Numbered from the stretch's first letter, positions 8,969 to 18,675 are shown. The stretch: DNA of 64,000 nucleotides from Candidatus Tayloriibacteriota bacterium (GCA_037129895.1 JBAXUB010000006.1:3580-67579), one strand, 5' to 3'. The notes: a model not told the origin generated them from the sequence alone. Translations and numbers: made by a program.

Positions 8969-10279
8969 ATGAATCTATTAAAGAAAATTTTGGTAAAAAT
9001 ATTGATCGCCGAGTCCAAGCTTATAGTCAAGAAATATAAGCCTTTTATCGTTGCTGTAACTGGTAGTGTTGGTAAGACATCTACAAAAGATGCGATATAT
9101 TCAGTACTAAAGGATCAGAGTCGATATGTGAGGAAAAGTGAGAAGAGTATGAATAGTGAGATCGGATTGCCACTCACTATCATCGGAGTGCCAAACGCTT
9201 GGAAAAGTATCGGTGGTTGGTTGAACAATGTAAATGAAGGTCTCAGTTTGATATTCAAGAAAAGAGATTATCCTGATTGTTTGATCCTAGAGATAGGCGC
9301 TGATCATCCCGGTGATATAAGTAGTGTAGCTAAATGGTTGAAGCCTGATGTTTCCGTCATCACTAAAGTTAGTAAAACTCCAGTGCATGTGGAATTTTTC
9401 AGTTCACCAGAACAGGTATTTGAAGAAAAGGCATCCTTGGCAGAAGCGGTGAGAGATGGTGGGTCACTCGTATTATTCGCTGATGATGACAATGTGATCG
9501 GGATAAAGGATCGAGTAAGTGCTAGGAATGTGAATGTGATCAGTTATGGTACGAAAGCATCGATGGTGAATGGTAGCAATTTGATGATCGAATATGGTAT
9601 GAATGGAGAAACAAAATATCCCATAGGAATCAAGTTCGATATTGAGATGAAAGGTTCGAAAAGTTCGATCGTTATGAATGGTGTTATAGGTAATACATAT
9701 CAGTATCCCATATTGGCTGCTGCAGCTGTTGGTTTGGCGAAAGGTATGAGTATAGAGAAGATCGTCAAGAATCTCGGTTCATATAGCGCACCTCGTGGGC
9801 GTATGAATCTATTGGCAGGACGGGATGGTTCTACTATCATCGATGATACATACAATTCATCACCTGATGCGACAGTGTCAGCTCTCAGGTCATTGAAAAC
9901 TATTGAATCGAGTGGTGTGAAGATAGCGATACTCGGCGATATGATGGAGCTCGGTAAGTTTTCTGCTGATGAGCACAAGGGTATCGGTAGGGAAGTTGTA
10001 ACTGTCGCGAATATCTTGATAACAGTTGGTCAGAGATCGCGTGCTACAGCTGACGAAGCTATCAGATCCGGTATGGACAGTAGGAAGGTGTTCTCTTATG
10101 ATTCCGCAGCTGATCTCGTCAGTCGAGGTTTACCTGTGGTTGGTAGTGGGGACATCATCTTGGTCAAGGGTTCTCAGTCTGTTCGTATGGAGAGGGTTGT
10201 GAAGGCATTACTCAGAGATGGGAGTAGTGCAGAAAAGACATTGGTGAGGCAGGAGAAGGAGTGGCTTGATAAAGCGTAA
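8969..10279 (+). CDS. murF: UDP-MurNAc-tripeptide--D-Ala-D-Ala ligase
   Basis: VTGSVGKTSTK, NSEIGLPLT, IDDTYNSSP, LGDMMELG and LVKGS motifs. Confidence 0.94.
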   Translation: MNLLKKILVKILIAESKLIVKKYKPFIVAVTGSVGKTSTKDAIYSVLKDQSRYVRKSEKSMNSEIGLPLTIIGVPNAWKSIGGWLNNVNEGLSLIFKKRDYPDCLILEIGADHPGDISSVAKWLKPDVSVITKVSKTPVHVEFFSSPEQVFEEKASLAEAVRDGGSLVLFADDDNVIGIKDRVSARNVNVISYGTKASMVNGSNLMIEYGMNGETKYPIGIKFDIEMKGSKSSIVMNGVIGNTYQYPILAAAAVGLAKGMSIEKIVKNLGSYSAPRGRMNLLAGRDGSTIIDDTYNSSPDATVSALRSLKTIESSGVKIAILGDMMELGKFSADEHKGIGREVVTVANILITVGQRSRATADEAIRSGMDSRKVFSYDSAADLVSRGLPVVGSGDIILVKGSQSVRMERVVKALLRDGSSAEKTLVRQEKEWLDKA

Positions 10280-10304
10280 TATTCGGGTTATAGTGTTCGT
10301 TCAC

Positions 10305-10376
10305 GGCTCTATCGTCTAATGGTTAGGACACGGCCTTCTCAAGGCTGGAATCGGGGTTCGACTCCCCGTAGAGTCA
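10305..10376 (+). tRNA. tRNA-Glu (anticodon CTC); CCA not encoded
   Basis: Acceptor stem GGCTCTA/TAGAGTC, D-arm GTCTAATGGTTAGGAC, anticodon arm CGGCC-TTCTCAA-GGCTG, T-arm CGGGG-TTCGACT-CCCCG. Confidence 0.96.
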
Positions 10377-10379
10377 CAA

Positions 10380-10406
10380 TGAAATGGACCCCATAAAGTG
10401 GACACG
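10380..10406 (+). mobile_element. Possible IS3-family terminal inverted repeat remnant
   Basis: TGAAATGGACCCCATAAAGTGGACACG resembles IS3-family ends (5'-TG...GTGGACAC). No transposase is adjacent. Confidence 0.45.
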
Positions 10407-10444
10407 TCCGTTGATTTCTCTTGTTGAGTGCTATAATGTCTGAT

Positions 10445-11185
10445 ATGGAAAATATAGAAAAACCAAATCAACAAGAACTCAAGGAAAAAGCGGATATTTC
10501 TCTATCAACGGCAAAAGAGACTATTCTCAAATCTATCCCAAACGAAGAGATAGTATCTATTTACGTAAAAGGAAGTTACGTTCAAGATGAGCTACAGCCA
10601 GATAGTGATGTTGATGTTGTTGTCGTTTTGAAAAGCGATGAGTATCTACCTGCTGTATATGAGCTAACTGAAAAATTTGGAGATACTACAGAGCCACCAT
10701 TTCAAATCGTCGCTTACACACTAGAAGAATTGCAAACAGGAAAATGGTCCGTAAATAGAACTAAAAATCCAACGACTATCAGTACTTTCGTGAAGCATTT
10801 GGATCAACTTCCACTTTTGTATGGTCAAAAACCAGAAGGACCGTTATTTACTCGTACAGATATTAAAGACTTAACTGCTCTTATGTCAGCTTTTGAAGAG
10901 AGCTTTCTACCAGGCTTTGAGAAAGGGACTTTCAAGTTCAATGAAATTGTAAAGTCAGTTATGTGGCTTACCGAACGTGAACAGCGAGCAAAGGGTATTG
11001 TTCCAGATTATTCTTGGCAGAAACTTGCTAACTCGATTGAAGATGAAAACCATATCATTCACTTAGCTCTTAAGTTGAGGAAACAAAAGGAAGTGTCAAA
11101 AAAAGAACAGGATGTATTTATGGAAAAATTGAAGAATTACCTTGAAGGCCTCAAAGAGGAATACCCAAACCAAGCAAAGGCATAA
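10445..11185 (+). CDS. Nucleotidyltransferase-domain protein (pol-beta superfamily) with helical C-terminal domain
   Basis: GS...DSDVD motif (KGSYVQDELQPDSDVDVVV). Start ATG 10445 lies 7 nt after TGcTATAAT. Confidence 0.75.
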   Translation: MENIEKPNQQELKEKADISLSTAKETILKSIPNEEIVSIYVKGSYVQDELQPDSDVDVVVVLKSDEYLPAVYELTEKFGDTTEPPFQIVAYTLEELQTGKWSVNRTKNPTTISTFVKHLDQLPLLYGQKPEGPLFTRTDIKDLTALMSAFEESFLPGFEKGTFKFNEIVKSVMWLTEREQRAKGIVPDYSWQKLANSIEDENHIIHLALKLRKQKEVSKKEQDVFMEKLKNYLEGLKEEYPNQAKA

Positions 11186-11325
11186 AACAAGCAAATTTAG
11201 TGTTCAATTTTATTCTCTAGTTTGAACATTATCAGACATTATAGGTATATAGAAACAAATAAAGAGAAGAAAATACTTGAATACAGTACCTTGATAATTT
11301 TATGATACAATATTTATATATTTAG

Positions 11326-12396
11326 ATGAAAAAAATTAAACAATTAATCCCGAATATCAATTTTACAGAGTTTTTGCTCTACACTACTCCGAATGGAAAG
11401 GTGAAGGTTGAAATCTTTTTGCGTGATGAAAATATATGGCTAACACAGGCAATGATAGCGGAACTTTTTGATGTTGAGTCAAATACTATTACTTATCATT
11501 TGAAAGAAATATTCGTCTCAAAGGAATTGGATAAGGATTCAACTACTCGAAAAATTAGAGTAGTTCGAGATGAAGGGGGTCGTAATATTAGTCGTGAATT
11601 GGATTTTTATAACCTAGATGCCATACTTTCTGTGGGTTATCGTGTTAATAGTGCTCATGCCACTCAATTCCGTATTTGGGCCACTGAAAGGCTGAAGGAG
11701 TACATAATCAAAGGATTTACAATGAATGATGAACGGCTCAAAGATCCACGTAGTATTTTTGGTAAAGACTATTTCGAGGAACAGTTGGCCAGGATTCGTA
11801 ATATTCGTTCAAGTGAGAGACGAATGTACCAGAAAATAACTGATATCTATGCACAGTGTAGCGCTGATTATGATAGAGATGAGGAGATTACCAAGATATT
11901 TTTTGCTACTGTACAAAACAAACTTCATTTTGCTATCACAGGTCAGACAGCGGCTGAGATAATATATTCTAGAGTAAAAAGCGACAAACCAAATATGGGC
12001 CTGACCACATGGAAGAATGCTCCAGAAGGTGGTATCAGAGAGACTGATGTGATAATTGCCAAGAACTATTTATTGGAGAGAGAGCTCGATAATCTGAATC
12101 GAATTGTAACTATGTATCTGGACTATGCGGAAATGCAGGCTACGCAAGGTAAAGCTATGTATATGAAAGATTGGGTTAATAAGCTCGATAAATTTCTGAA
12201 ATTTAATGAAAAACAAATTTTATCTGACTCAGGAAAGATCAGCCATGAAGTAGCAGAAGCTTTGGCTTTCAAGGAATATGAGAAATATCGTGTTGAGCAG
12301 GATATGAACTATGTTTCTGATTTTGATAGGGAGGTAAAGAAGATGTTGGAAATTAGCAAAAAGAGAAAAGGAAATATAAAGAAGAAAGACAAATAA
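11326..12396 (+). CDS. Virulence RhuM family protein
   Basis: IWLTQAMIAELF, YNLDAILSVGYRVNS, QFRIWAT and FATVQNKLHFA motifs. Confidence 0.88.
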   Translation: MKKIKQLIPNINFTEFLLYTTPNGKVKVEIFLRDENIWLTQAMIAELFDVESNTITYHLKEIFVSKELDKDSTTRKIRVVRDEGGRNISRELDFYNLDAILSVGYRVNSAHATQFRIWATERLKEYIIKGFTMNDERLKDPRSIFGKDYFEEQLARIRNIRSSERRMYQKITDIYAQCSADYDRDEEITKIFFATVQNKLHFAITGQTAAEIIYSRVKSDKPNMGLTTWKNAPEGGIRETDVIIAKNYLLERELDNLNRIVTMYLDYAEMQATQGKAMYMKDWVNKLDKFLKFNEKQILSDSGKISHEVAEALAFKEYEKYRVEQDMNYVSDFDREVKKMLEISKKRKGNIKKKDK

Positions 12397-12530
12397 CTTT
12401 TTGCAGATTATAAACTTTCTCAATTTTCCAGTACATTCATTGCAAAATAATTCACAGTCACCTATAATTAGGAACCACGCTCAATCTTTAACAGAGGCAA
12501 GCATTTTAATATATTAAATAAATAATTCAT

Positions 12531-13274
12531 ATGCAAGAACAAAAGAAATCTAGTTTGGTGGTTACTTTGCTCATAATTCTGATAGTGGCAGTGCTAGCTG
12601 TCGGCGGATATTTAATTTTCGGATCAAATATCAAGGGATTATCTATGGGGGATAAAACAGCTACTTCTACATTATTTACATCGGGAACGACCGCGAACGT
12701 AGCGACAGTCAATGGTGTAGCTATTACAAAAGCAATATATGATTCAGCTTTTACAAGTACGATCGCATCTTATCAAGCACAAGGTATTCAAGCGACTAGT
12801 TCAGATGATCTAGCAAAGGTTCGTACTCAGGTTTTGGATGGCCTCATAGGTAACGAGCTGTTAACTCAAGCCCTCACTGCTTCCAAGATGGCAGTCACAC
12901 CTGCTGAAGTAGAGACAGAGTATCAAGCACTAGTTACCCAATCTGGCGGAGTTGAAGGTTTCAAGGCGGCACTGACAAAGAATAATCTCACAGATGCACA
13001 ACTCAGAATTAATATTGAAAAACAGATATTAACTAGGAAATTCCTACTCTCTAACATTGATACCAAATCAACAACGGTTACCGATGCTGAGATAGCGAAA
13101 TTCTATGCTGAATATAGTGCTTCACAAAAAGCTAGCGGCAACAAGTCCGTTCCGGCCATGAAGGACTTGAGTGCTCAGATCAAGCAACAGCTCACTGGAG
13201 ATAAGGAGCAGGCCCTCATCAATAAATTTATAGCTACTCTTCGTGCAAGTGCAGATGTTGTCATAACTCAGTAA
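12531..13274 (+). CDS. SurA N-terminal-domain (PrsA-like) membrane-anchored chaperone
   Basis: TM anchor, VATVNGVAIT, VLDGLIGNELL and LRASADV motifs; no parvulin domain seen. Confidence 0.78.
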   Translation: MQEQKKSSLVVTLLIILIVAVLAVGGYLIFGSNIKGLSMGDKTATSTLFTSGTTANVATVNGVAITKAIYDSAFTSTIASYQAQGIQATSSDDLAKVRTQVLDGLIGNELLTQALTASKMAVTPAEVETEYQALVTQSGGVEGFKAALTKNNLTDAQLRINIEKQILTRKFLLSNIDTKSTTVTDAEIAKFYAEYSASQKASGNKSVPAMKDLSAQIKQQLTGDKEQALINKFIATLRASADVVITQ

Positions 13275-13705
13275 TGAATAAATCGATTGCTATCCGCTGC
13301 CGCGCAGTCATCGTCGTAGATGGAAAATTGTTGGTAGTCAAACATGCACCAGACAGCCCATTTTTTGCATTACCTGGTGGACATCTGGAATGGGGAGAAG
13401 ATGTAGATGAATGTGTGAGTCGTGAATTGCAGGAAGAACTCGGTATAAAAGGAGAGGTGGGAAGGTTGCTATATGTAAATACATTCATAATCGAAGGTAC
13501 TCAATCGGTCGAATTTTTCTTTGAGATCGAGAACGCCAGGGATTATATCGGTATAGATAGAAGTAGGGCCTCTCACGCGAGTGAAATAGGTGATCTACGT
13601 TGGGTTAGTAGTGACGATGGTGTAGATATTTTGCCAGCTATATTGAATAGAGATTTGAAAGAGGGGACACTACTGTCGCATGAGGTCAGGTTCATAAAAG
13701 AATAA
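13274..13705 (+). CDS. NUDIX hydrolase
   Basis: Nudix box GGHLEWGEDVDECVSRELQEELG. Confidence 0.9.
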   Translation: MNKSIAIRCRAVIVVDGKLLVVKHAPDSPFFALPGGHLEWGEDVDECVSRELQEELGIKGEVGRLLYVNTFIIEGTQSVEFFFEIENARDYIGIDRSRASHASEIGDLRWVSSDDGVDILPAILNRDLKEGTLLSHEVRFIKE

Positions 13706-13797
13706 TTTCGGTGCAATAAGTGTTTAGTTGCGCATTGCTTTCAGGACCATTGTTTCAGGTGTTGCACTTTTGCAGTATTCATTGTACTATACAAGAT

Positions 13798-14298
13798 ATG
13801 AAGAATTTCAATACAATTAAATATACATCGATAGCTATTTCAGCCCTATTTATGGCTGTAGTTATGTTTGTCCCTATCAATAGCGCTCATGCTCAATATT
13901 ACGGCTATGGTTGGTATGATGAGAATACTGGTATAGCTCATATATTCAATAATGCGAATAGTAATAATTATAATAACTACAATAATTATAACAATTACAA
14001 CAACTATAATAACTATAGTTCAGGCTACAATTCTGGGTGTAATAATGGTTGTGGAAATTACGGAGGAGGTTATAACAATTACAATTATGGAAGCTACAAT
14101 AATAATTGCTGCGATTATTCCTACGGTTATAGTAACTCGTACTATCAACCTTACGTGTCTCTACCATATGTAAGTTACCAATATCCTAGTTATCAAAATT
14201 ATTATTCTGGTAACGGTTATGGGAATAATTACTACGGAAATTATAACTATGGAAATTATGGAGGTGGATATGGTGGCGGTTACGGTGGACATCGCTAG
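13798..14298 (+). CDS. Secreted low-complexity Asn/Tyr/Gly-rich protein
   Basis: Signal peptide ending AHA; the mature part is dominated by N, Y and G; a terminator follows. Confidence 0.7.
   Translation: MKNFNTIKYTSIAISALFMAVVMFVPINSAHAQYYGYGWYDENTGIAHIFNNANSNNYNNYNNYNNYNNYNNYSSGYNSGCNNGCGNYGGGYNNYNYGSYNNNCCDYSYGYSNSYYQPYVSLPYVSYQYPSYQNYYSGNGYGNNYYGNYNYGNYGGGYGGGYGGHR
13963..14016 (+). repeat. Coding tandem repeat, 6 x 9 bp (Asn-Asn-Tyr)
   Basis: (AAY AAY TAY) x6 with synonymous variation only. Confidence 0.9.
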
Positions 14299-14317
14299 TT
14301 GGTTGAGTAATTTTGGT

Positions 14318-14347
14318 AAAAAAGTGCATCGCTTGGTGCATTTTTTT
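14318..14347. terminator. Intrinsic terminator
   Basis: AAAAAA-GTGCATC-gctt-GGTGCAT-TTTTTT. Confidence 0.75.
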
Positions 14348-14458
14348 GTATTTCTATATTACGAAACAAATATTTGTCATGCGGAACTTGTGTGAAAATA
14401 ATATTTTGTTAAAATTATTCTAACCTGCAAACTTAATAATCTAATATATTTAATAATT

Positions 14459-14791
14459 ATGAATAATAAAGTAGTATTACCGACAGTTACAATTGATGAA
14501 TTGGCGGTAATGATAAAGATCGGGTTCGACGAAGTGCATAGTGAATTTAGGATTGTACATAAAGAGATCAGTCTTATAAAAGCTGATATCGTCGTTATGA
14601 AGAAAGACATAGTTGATATCCATGGAGAGTTATACGAAGTGAAGAGTGATATCAAATGCATCAAGCGTGATATGGCCACCAAGGATGATGTACATGAATT
14701 AGAGAGTCATTTGATGACTACAGATAGGACGGTCTACAAAGATCATGCCCCAAGGTTGCGAAAACTGGAACACTCACTCGCAGTCGCGTAG
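14459..14791 (+). CDS. Small coiled-coil protein with MATKDD motif
   Basis: TIDELAVMI...GF start, heptad repeats, MATKDD, and C-terminal RLRKLE. Confidence 0.7.
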   Translation: MNNKVVLPTVTIDELAVMIKIGFDEVHSEFRIVHKEISLIKADIVVMKKDIVDIHGELYEVKSDIKCIKRDMATKDDVHELESHLMTTDRTVYKDHAPRLRKLEHSLAVA

Positions 14792-14836
14792 TGCCTCTAG
14801 TAGAAAATATCTTGATTTCTTGCTAGTATTTGATCC

Positions 14837-17122
14837 ATGGAAAACAAAGCAGTGAATGGTGTAGACCGAGGTCCGATGAAACTCCCAGACAATGTTTCAG
14901 ATAAATTCCTGAAACCATATGATCCAGCTACGACCGAAGACCGTATTTATGCTATATGGGAAAAAAGTGGCTATTTCAATCCTGACAATCTCCCAGAGCG
15001 TAACAAGAAAGGCGAACCTTTTTCTATAGTTTTACCGCCTCCGAATGTTACCGGGATGTTACATATGGGTTCAGCACTCATGCTCGCCATAGAAGATATC
15101 ATGGTTCGTTATGCACGTATGAGTGGCAGGAGAACATTGTGGTTGCCTGGAACTGATCATGCAGCGATCGCAACACAGTCGGTAGTTGAAAAAGACATTA
15201 TGAAGAAAGAAGGCAAGTCGAGGCATGATCTAGGTCGTGAGGAATTGTTGCGGAGAATTGATGCATATGCGAAACAGAGTCATGATACGATCGTGCGACA
15301 GATGCGCAAGATGGCTTGTTCCATAGATTGGTCTAGGGAAGCCTTCACATTGGATGAAAAGCGTAATCTAGCCGTGAAAACTGCCTTCAAGAAGATGTAT
15401 GACGATGGTCTCATATATAGAGGATATCGCGTTGTCAATTGGGATCCGAAAGGACAGACTACTATTTCAGACGATGAGATCGAGTATGAAACGAGGAAGA
15501 CCAAGCTTTATACATTCAAGTATTCAAAGGATATTCCTATAAGTATTTCTACTACACGACCAGAGACTAAACTTGGCGATACCGCGATAGCAGTTCATCC
15601 AGAAGATAAGAGGTATTCACAATACGTCGGCAAGGAATTCAAGACAGTATTCGCGGGTCAGGAGATCTCTCTCAAAGTTATAGCAGATATATCTGTCGAA
15701 CCGGAATTCGGTACAGGTGCGCTCGGTGTGACACCTGCACATAGTCAGATCGACTGGGAGATGGCACAGAGGCATGAGTTACCTTTGAAGCAAGTGATCA
15801 ATGAGTATGCCAAGATGACAGTCGGTAAGGAAGGTATAAAAGACAAGAAAGTAGCTGAAGCCAGGGAAGCTGTTGTTGCCTGGTTACGTGAAAATGATCT
15901 CCTAGAAAAAGAAGAGGATATAGAACATAATATCTCACTTGCTCAGAGAACTGGTGGAGTGATAGAACCGTTGCCAAAATTGCAGTGGTTCGTCGCAGTA
16001 AACAAGGAATTTGAACATTTTGGTGAGAAAGTTACATTGAAGACTTTGATGACGGAAGCGGTACGATCAGGTGACATAAAGATATTGCCAGATAGATTCG
16101 AAAAGATATATTTCAATTGGATTGGTAATCTCCGCGATTGGTGTATCTCTAGACAGATATGGTATGGACATAGAGTTCCAGTCTGGTACAAGGATGGAGA
16201 TAGTAAAAATAATTCTTCTAGTAATAACAACGATTCCTCTCGGAATGAAAATATTCATTGCGGTATCAATCCGCCAACAGGTGATGGATGGAAACAAGAC
16301 GAAGATACACTAGACACGTGGTTCTCATCTGGACTCTGGACGTTTTCAACACTCGGTTGGCCAGAAAAGACTGAAGATATGAAGTTGTATCACCCAACGA
16401 ACGTCCTCGAAACTGGCTCAGACATTATATTTTTCTGGGTTGCGAGAATGATACTCATGAGTACATATCTCTTGAACGAGGTTCCATTCAAGACAGTATA
16501 TCTACATGGCCTCGTGAGGGATGCCAAGGGCAGGAAGATCAGTAAATCACTAGGAAACAATGTCGACCCTCTAGATATGATCGCCAAATATGGAGCCGAT
16601 GCAGTGCGTATGTCACTCATAGTCGGTGTTGGTCCAGGGTCTGACAGCAAGATAGGTGAGGACAAGATCAAAGCCTATAAGAATTTTGCCAATAAAGTAT
16701 GGAATATAGCTAGGTTCGTTCTATCTTCTACGGATGGTGCAAAGTTTGATCCTGATGTTGTAAATAGTGGCGGCAAATCGAGTAAGATGTCAGCTGCAGA
16801 TAGTGAGCTAATGAAAATACAAAATGCATTGCTGGCTGATATTACGACGGATATGAGTAACTATCGATATTATCTGGCGGCGGAAAAGTTGTATCACTAT
16901 ATATGGCATGAATTTGCAGATAAGATAATAGAAGATAGCAAGAAAATATTTCTATCAGGGACGGTGGAAGATATCGCATCTAGAAAGCAATTCTTATTTG
17001 ATTCTCTATCACAGCTACTGCGTGCGTTGCATCCATTTATGCCATTCTTGACTGAGGAAATATGGTCAGAAATGCCTGATCAGAAGGGGTCATTACTCAT
17101 GATTCTGAAGTGGCCGGTTTAG
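14837..17122 (+). CDS. valS: Valine--tRNA ligase (short form without the C-terminal coiled coil)
   Basis: PPPNVTG, GTDHAAIATQ, TTRPET, DWCISRQIWYGH, DTWFSS and KISKS motifs. Confidence 0.96.
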   Translation: MENKAVNGVDRGPMKLPDNVSDKFLKPYDPATTEDRIYAIWEKSGYFNPDNLPERNKKGEPFSIVLPPPNVTGMLHMGSALMLAIEDIMVRYARMSGRRTLWLPGTDHAAIATQSVVEKDIMKKEGKSRHDLGREELLRRIDAYAKQSHDTIVRQMRKMACSIDWSREAFTLDEKRNLAVKTAFKKMYDDGLIYRGYRVVNWDPKGQTTISDDEIEYETRKTKLYTFKYSKDIPISISTTRPETKLGDTAIAVHPEDKRYSQYVGKEFKTVFAGQEISLKVIADISVEPEFGTGALGVTPAHSQIDWEMAQRHELPLKQVINEYAKMTVGKEGIKDKKVAEAREAVVAWLRENDLLEKEEDIEHNISLAQRTGGVIEPLPKLQWFVAVNKEFEHFGEKVTLKTLMTEAVRSGDIKILPDRFEKIYFNWIGNLRDWCISRQIWYGHRVPVWYKDGDSKNNSSSNNNDSSRNENIHCGINPPTGDGWKQDEDTLDTWFSSGLWTFSTLGWPEKTEDMKLYHPTNVLETGSDIIFFWVARMILMSTYLLNEVPFKTVYLHGLVRDAKGRKISKSLGNNVDPLDMIAKYGADAVRMSLIVGVGPGSDSKIGEDKIKAYKNFANKVWNIARFVLSSTDGAKFDPDVVNSGGKSSKMSAADSELMKIQNALLADITTDMSNYRYYLAAEKLYHYIWHEFADKIIEDSKKIFLSGTVEDIASRKQFLFDSLSQLLRALHPFMPFLTEEIWSEMPDQKGSLLMILKWPV

Positions 17123-17129
17123 ATGATCC

Positions 17130-17138
17130 TTATCCACA
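17130..17138 (+). promoter_or_regulatory. Isolated perfect DnaA box
   Basis: TTATCCACA in the intergenic gap after valS; function not shown. Confidence 0.4.
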
Positions 17139-17205
17139 GAATTCGTCGCTAAAGACTTGATAATACTGTAAAATTGAGGAGTAATAATCCTTTAACAATT
17201 TTTTC

Positions 17206-18675
17206 ATGAAAAAATATTTGATTCTCTCAGTCGTAACGATATTCACTTTGAGTATTATGGGAATTGCAATTGCTGGGACAACTTCTCTATCTGGTTGGTC
17301 GGCTGGTAATGGGCCGTATTCATCTACGGTAGGCTGGTTCAGTTTTGATTCTAATGATATAGGTACTGATGGTGGGACAGGGCGCAGTAGTGTTGCTTAC
17401 GGAGTGAAAGTAGACGTACCAACTGGATCGACGTATGGGACATTCAATGGGAAAGCGTGGTCTTCAAATGTTGGTTGGGTGTCTTTTGATGCTGCGGACG
17501 TAACTGCTGCTTGTGGTAGTCAAGGAAAGGTTGATCTGTCGAGTGGTATGGTTACTGGATGGGCCAAAGTTCTATCAGGCTCTACAGCATCTGGTGCTGA
17601 TGGTTGTATTTCACTTTCGGGTACTGCCAAGAATGGAGGTTTATATGGGGTGAAGATGTCACCGGCAGGTGCATTCAGTGGTTTCGCTTGGGGAGATGTG
17701 AATGTTGGATGGCTCAGTTTTGCAGGTTTGATATGTCCTGGGTGCATCGTGTCACAGCCTGCAGCGCTCGCTCTCACATGTACCGCATCACCAGATTCAG
17801 TCACTTCTGGTGGGACAGTGATATTTACAGCGAATACTACTGAAGGGACTGGTCCATATCATTGGAGTGCAACGAGTGTAGTTACTGGCTCGACAGGTAG
17901 TTCAGAAACCTCAACCGTTACGAATTATCTGACTGGTGCGACACCACCTACGTTCACTGTTACTGATAGCAGTGGGAAAACTGGTACAAAGACTTGTGAT
18001 CCACCAGTTATTTCGGTGGTCAATACTTATACAGTGCACGTTACTATAGTGGGTTCAGGCTCTGTCTCAAATGGTAATTTTAGCTGTAATACGGAAGGTA
18101 ATTGTACCCCGATGGTTATCCCTGTTGGGTCCTCGATCAATCTTACTGCTACATCAAATATTGGGAGTTCATTTAGCAGTTGGTCAGGTGGATGTTCAGG
18201 AACATCACCTTGTAATGTGGGTGGTACAGCTAGAGCCAGTGATGTTATAAATGTAACTGCGACATTCGGTGGTGCGAGTTTTGTTACTGGTGGGTCTCAT
18301 CTATGGTTTGGTTCTAGGACTAGGCCTAGTGATGCTTCCATGGCTAGTCAGCTCCCTGTGACTATCTCATCAGGTAATAGTGTTAACATCAAGTATGATT
18401 GGGATTCTAGTATAGCTGGATGTAGTGGAGATCAGGCTTCAGGCCCGTCTATGCCGACGAATTGGAGCACGCCATCATTCTCACTGAATTCTGTCTCGAG
18501 CGACCCTATAAGTCATAATCAATATGGCGAAGTCACCCTTGCATTGACTGATGCACATATCGGGACACATATTCTGAGATTGAGTTGTAGTAGTAATGAT
18601 TCTCAACCTGTAGCTAGTTACAGTGCAAATACTATCAAACTCATTGTTACAAAGTCGATCATCAATGAAGAGTAA
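17206..18675 (+). CDS. Secreted Ser/Thr/Gly/Cys-rich surface protein (GxAWSSNxGWxSF repeats, Ig-like and InlB-B-repeat-like domains)
   Basis: Signal peptide; repeats VGWFSF, GKAWSSNVGWVSF and GFAWGDVNVGWLSF; YTVHVTIVGSGSV...FSSWSGGCSGTSPC. Confidence 0.75.
   Translation: MKKYLILSVVTIFTLSIMGIAIAGTTSLSGWSAGNGPYSSTVGWFSFDSNDIGTDGGTGRSSVAYGVKVDVPTGSTYGTFNGKAWSSNVGWVSFDAADVTAACGSQGKVDLSSGMVTGWAKVLSGSTASGADGCISLSGTAKNGGLYGVKMSPAGAFSGFAWGDVNVGWLSFAGLICPGCIVSQPAALALTCTASPDSVTSGGTVIFTANTTEGTGPYHWSATSVVTGSTGSSETSTVTNYLTGATPPTFTVTDSSGKTGTKTCDPPVISVVNTYTVHVTIVGSGSVSNGNFSCNTEGNCTPMVIPVGSSINLTATSNIGSSFSSWSGGCSGTSPCNVGGTARASDVINVTATFGGASFVTGGSHLWFGSRTRPSDASMASQLPVTISSGNSVNIKYDWDSSIAGCSGDQASGPSMPTNWSTPSFSLNSVSSDPISHNQYGEVTLALTDAHIGTHILRLSCSSNDSQPVASYSANTIKLIVTKSIINEE

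Noticed and set aside
11200-11233. Partner IS end for the IS3-like sequence at 10380
   Set aside because: Similarity to the left end is limited to ATAAA...G.ACAC, and no target-site duplication is evident, so it is not called as a feature.
13946-14173. Alternative-frame ORFs rich in Ile/Thr or Tyr/Cys
   Set aside because: These are shadows of the (AAY AAY TAY) low-complexity coding repeat.
17130-17138. oriC at DnaA boxes (also 5267-5275 and 30067-30075)
   Set aside because: The boxes are single and far apart, with no cluster and no dnaA/dnaN nearby.
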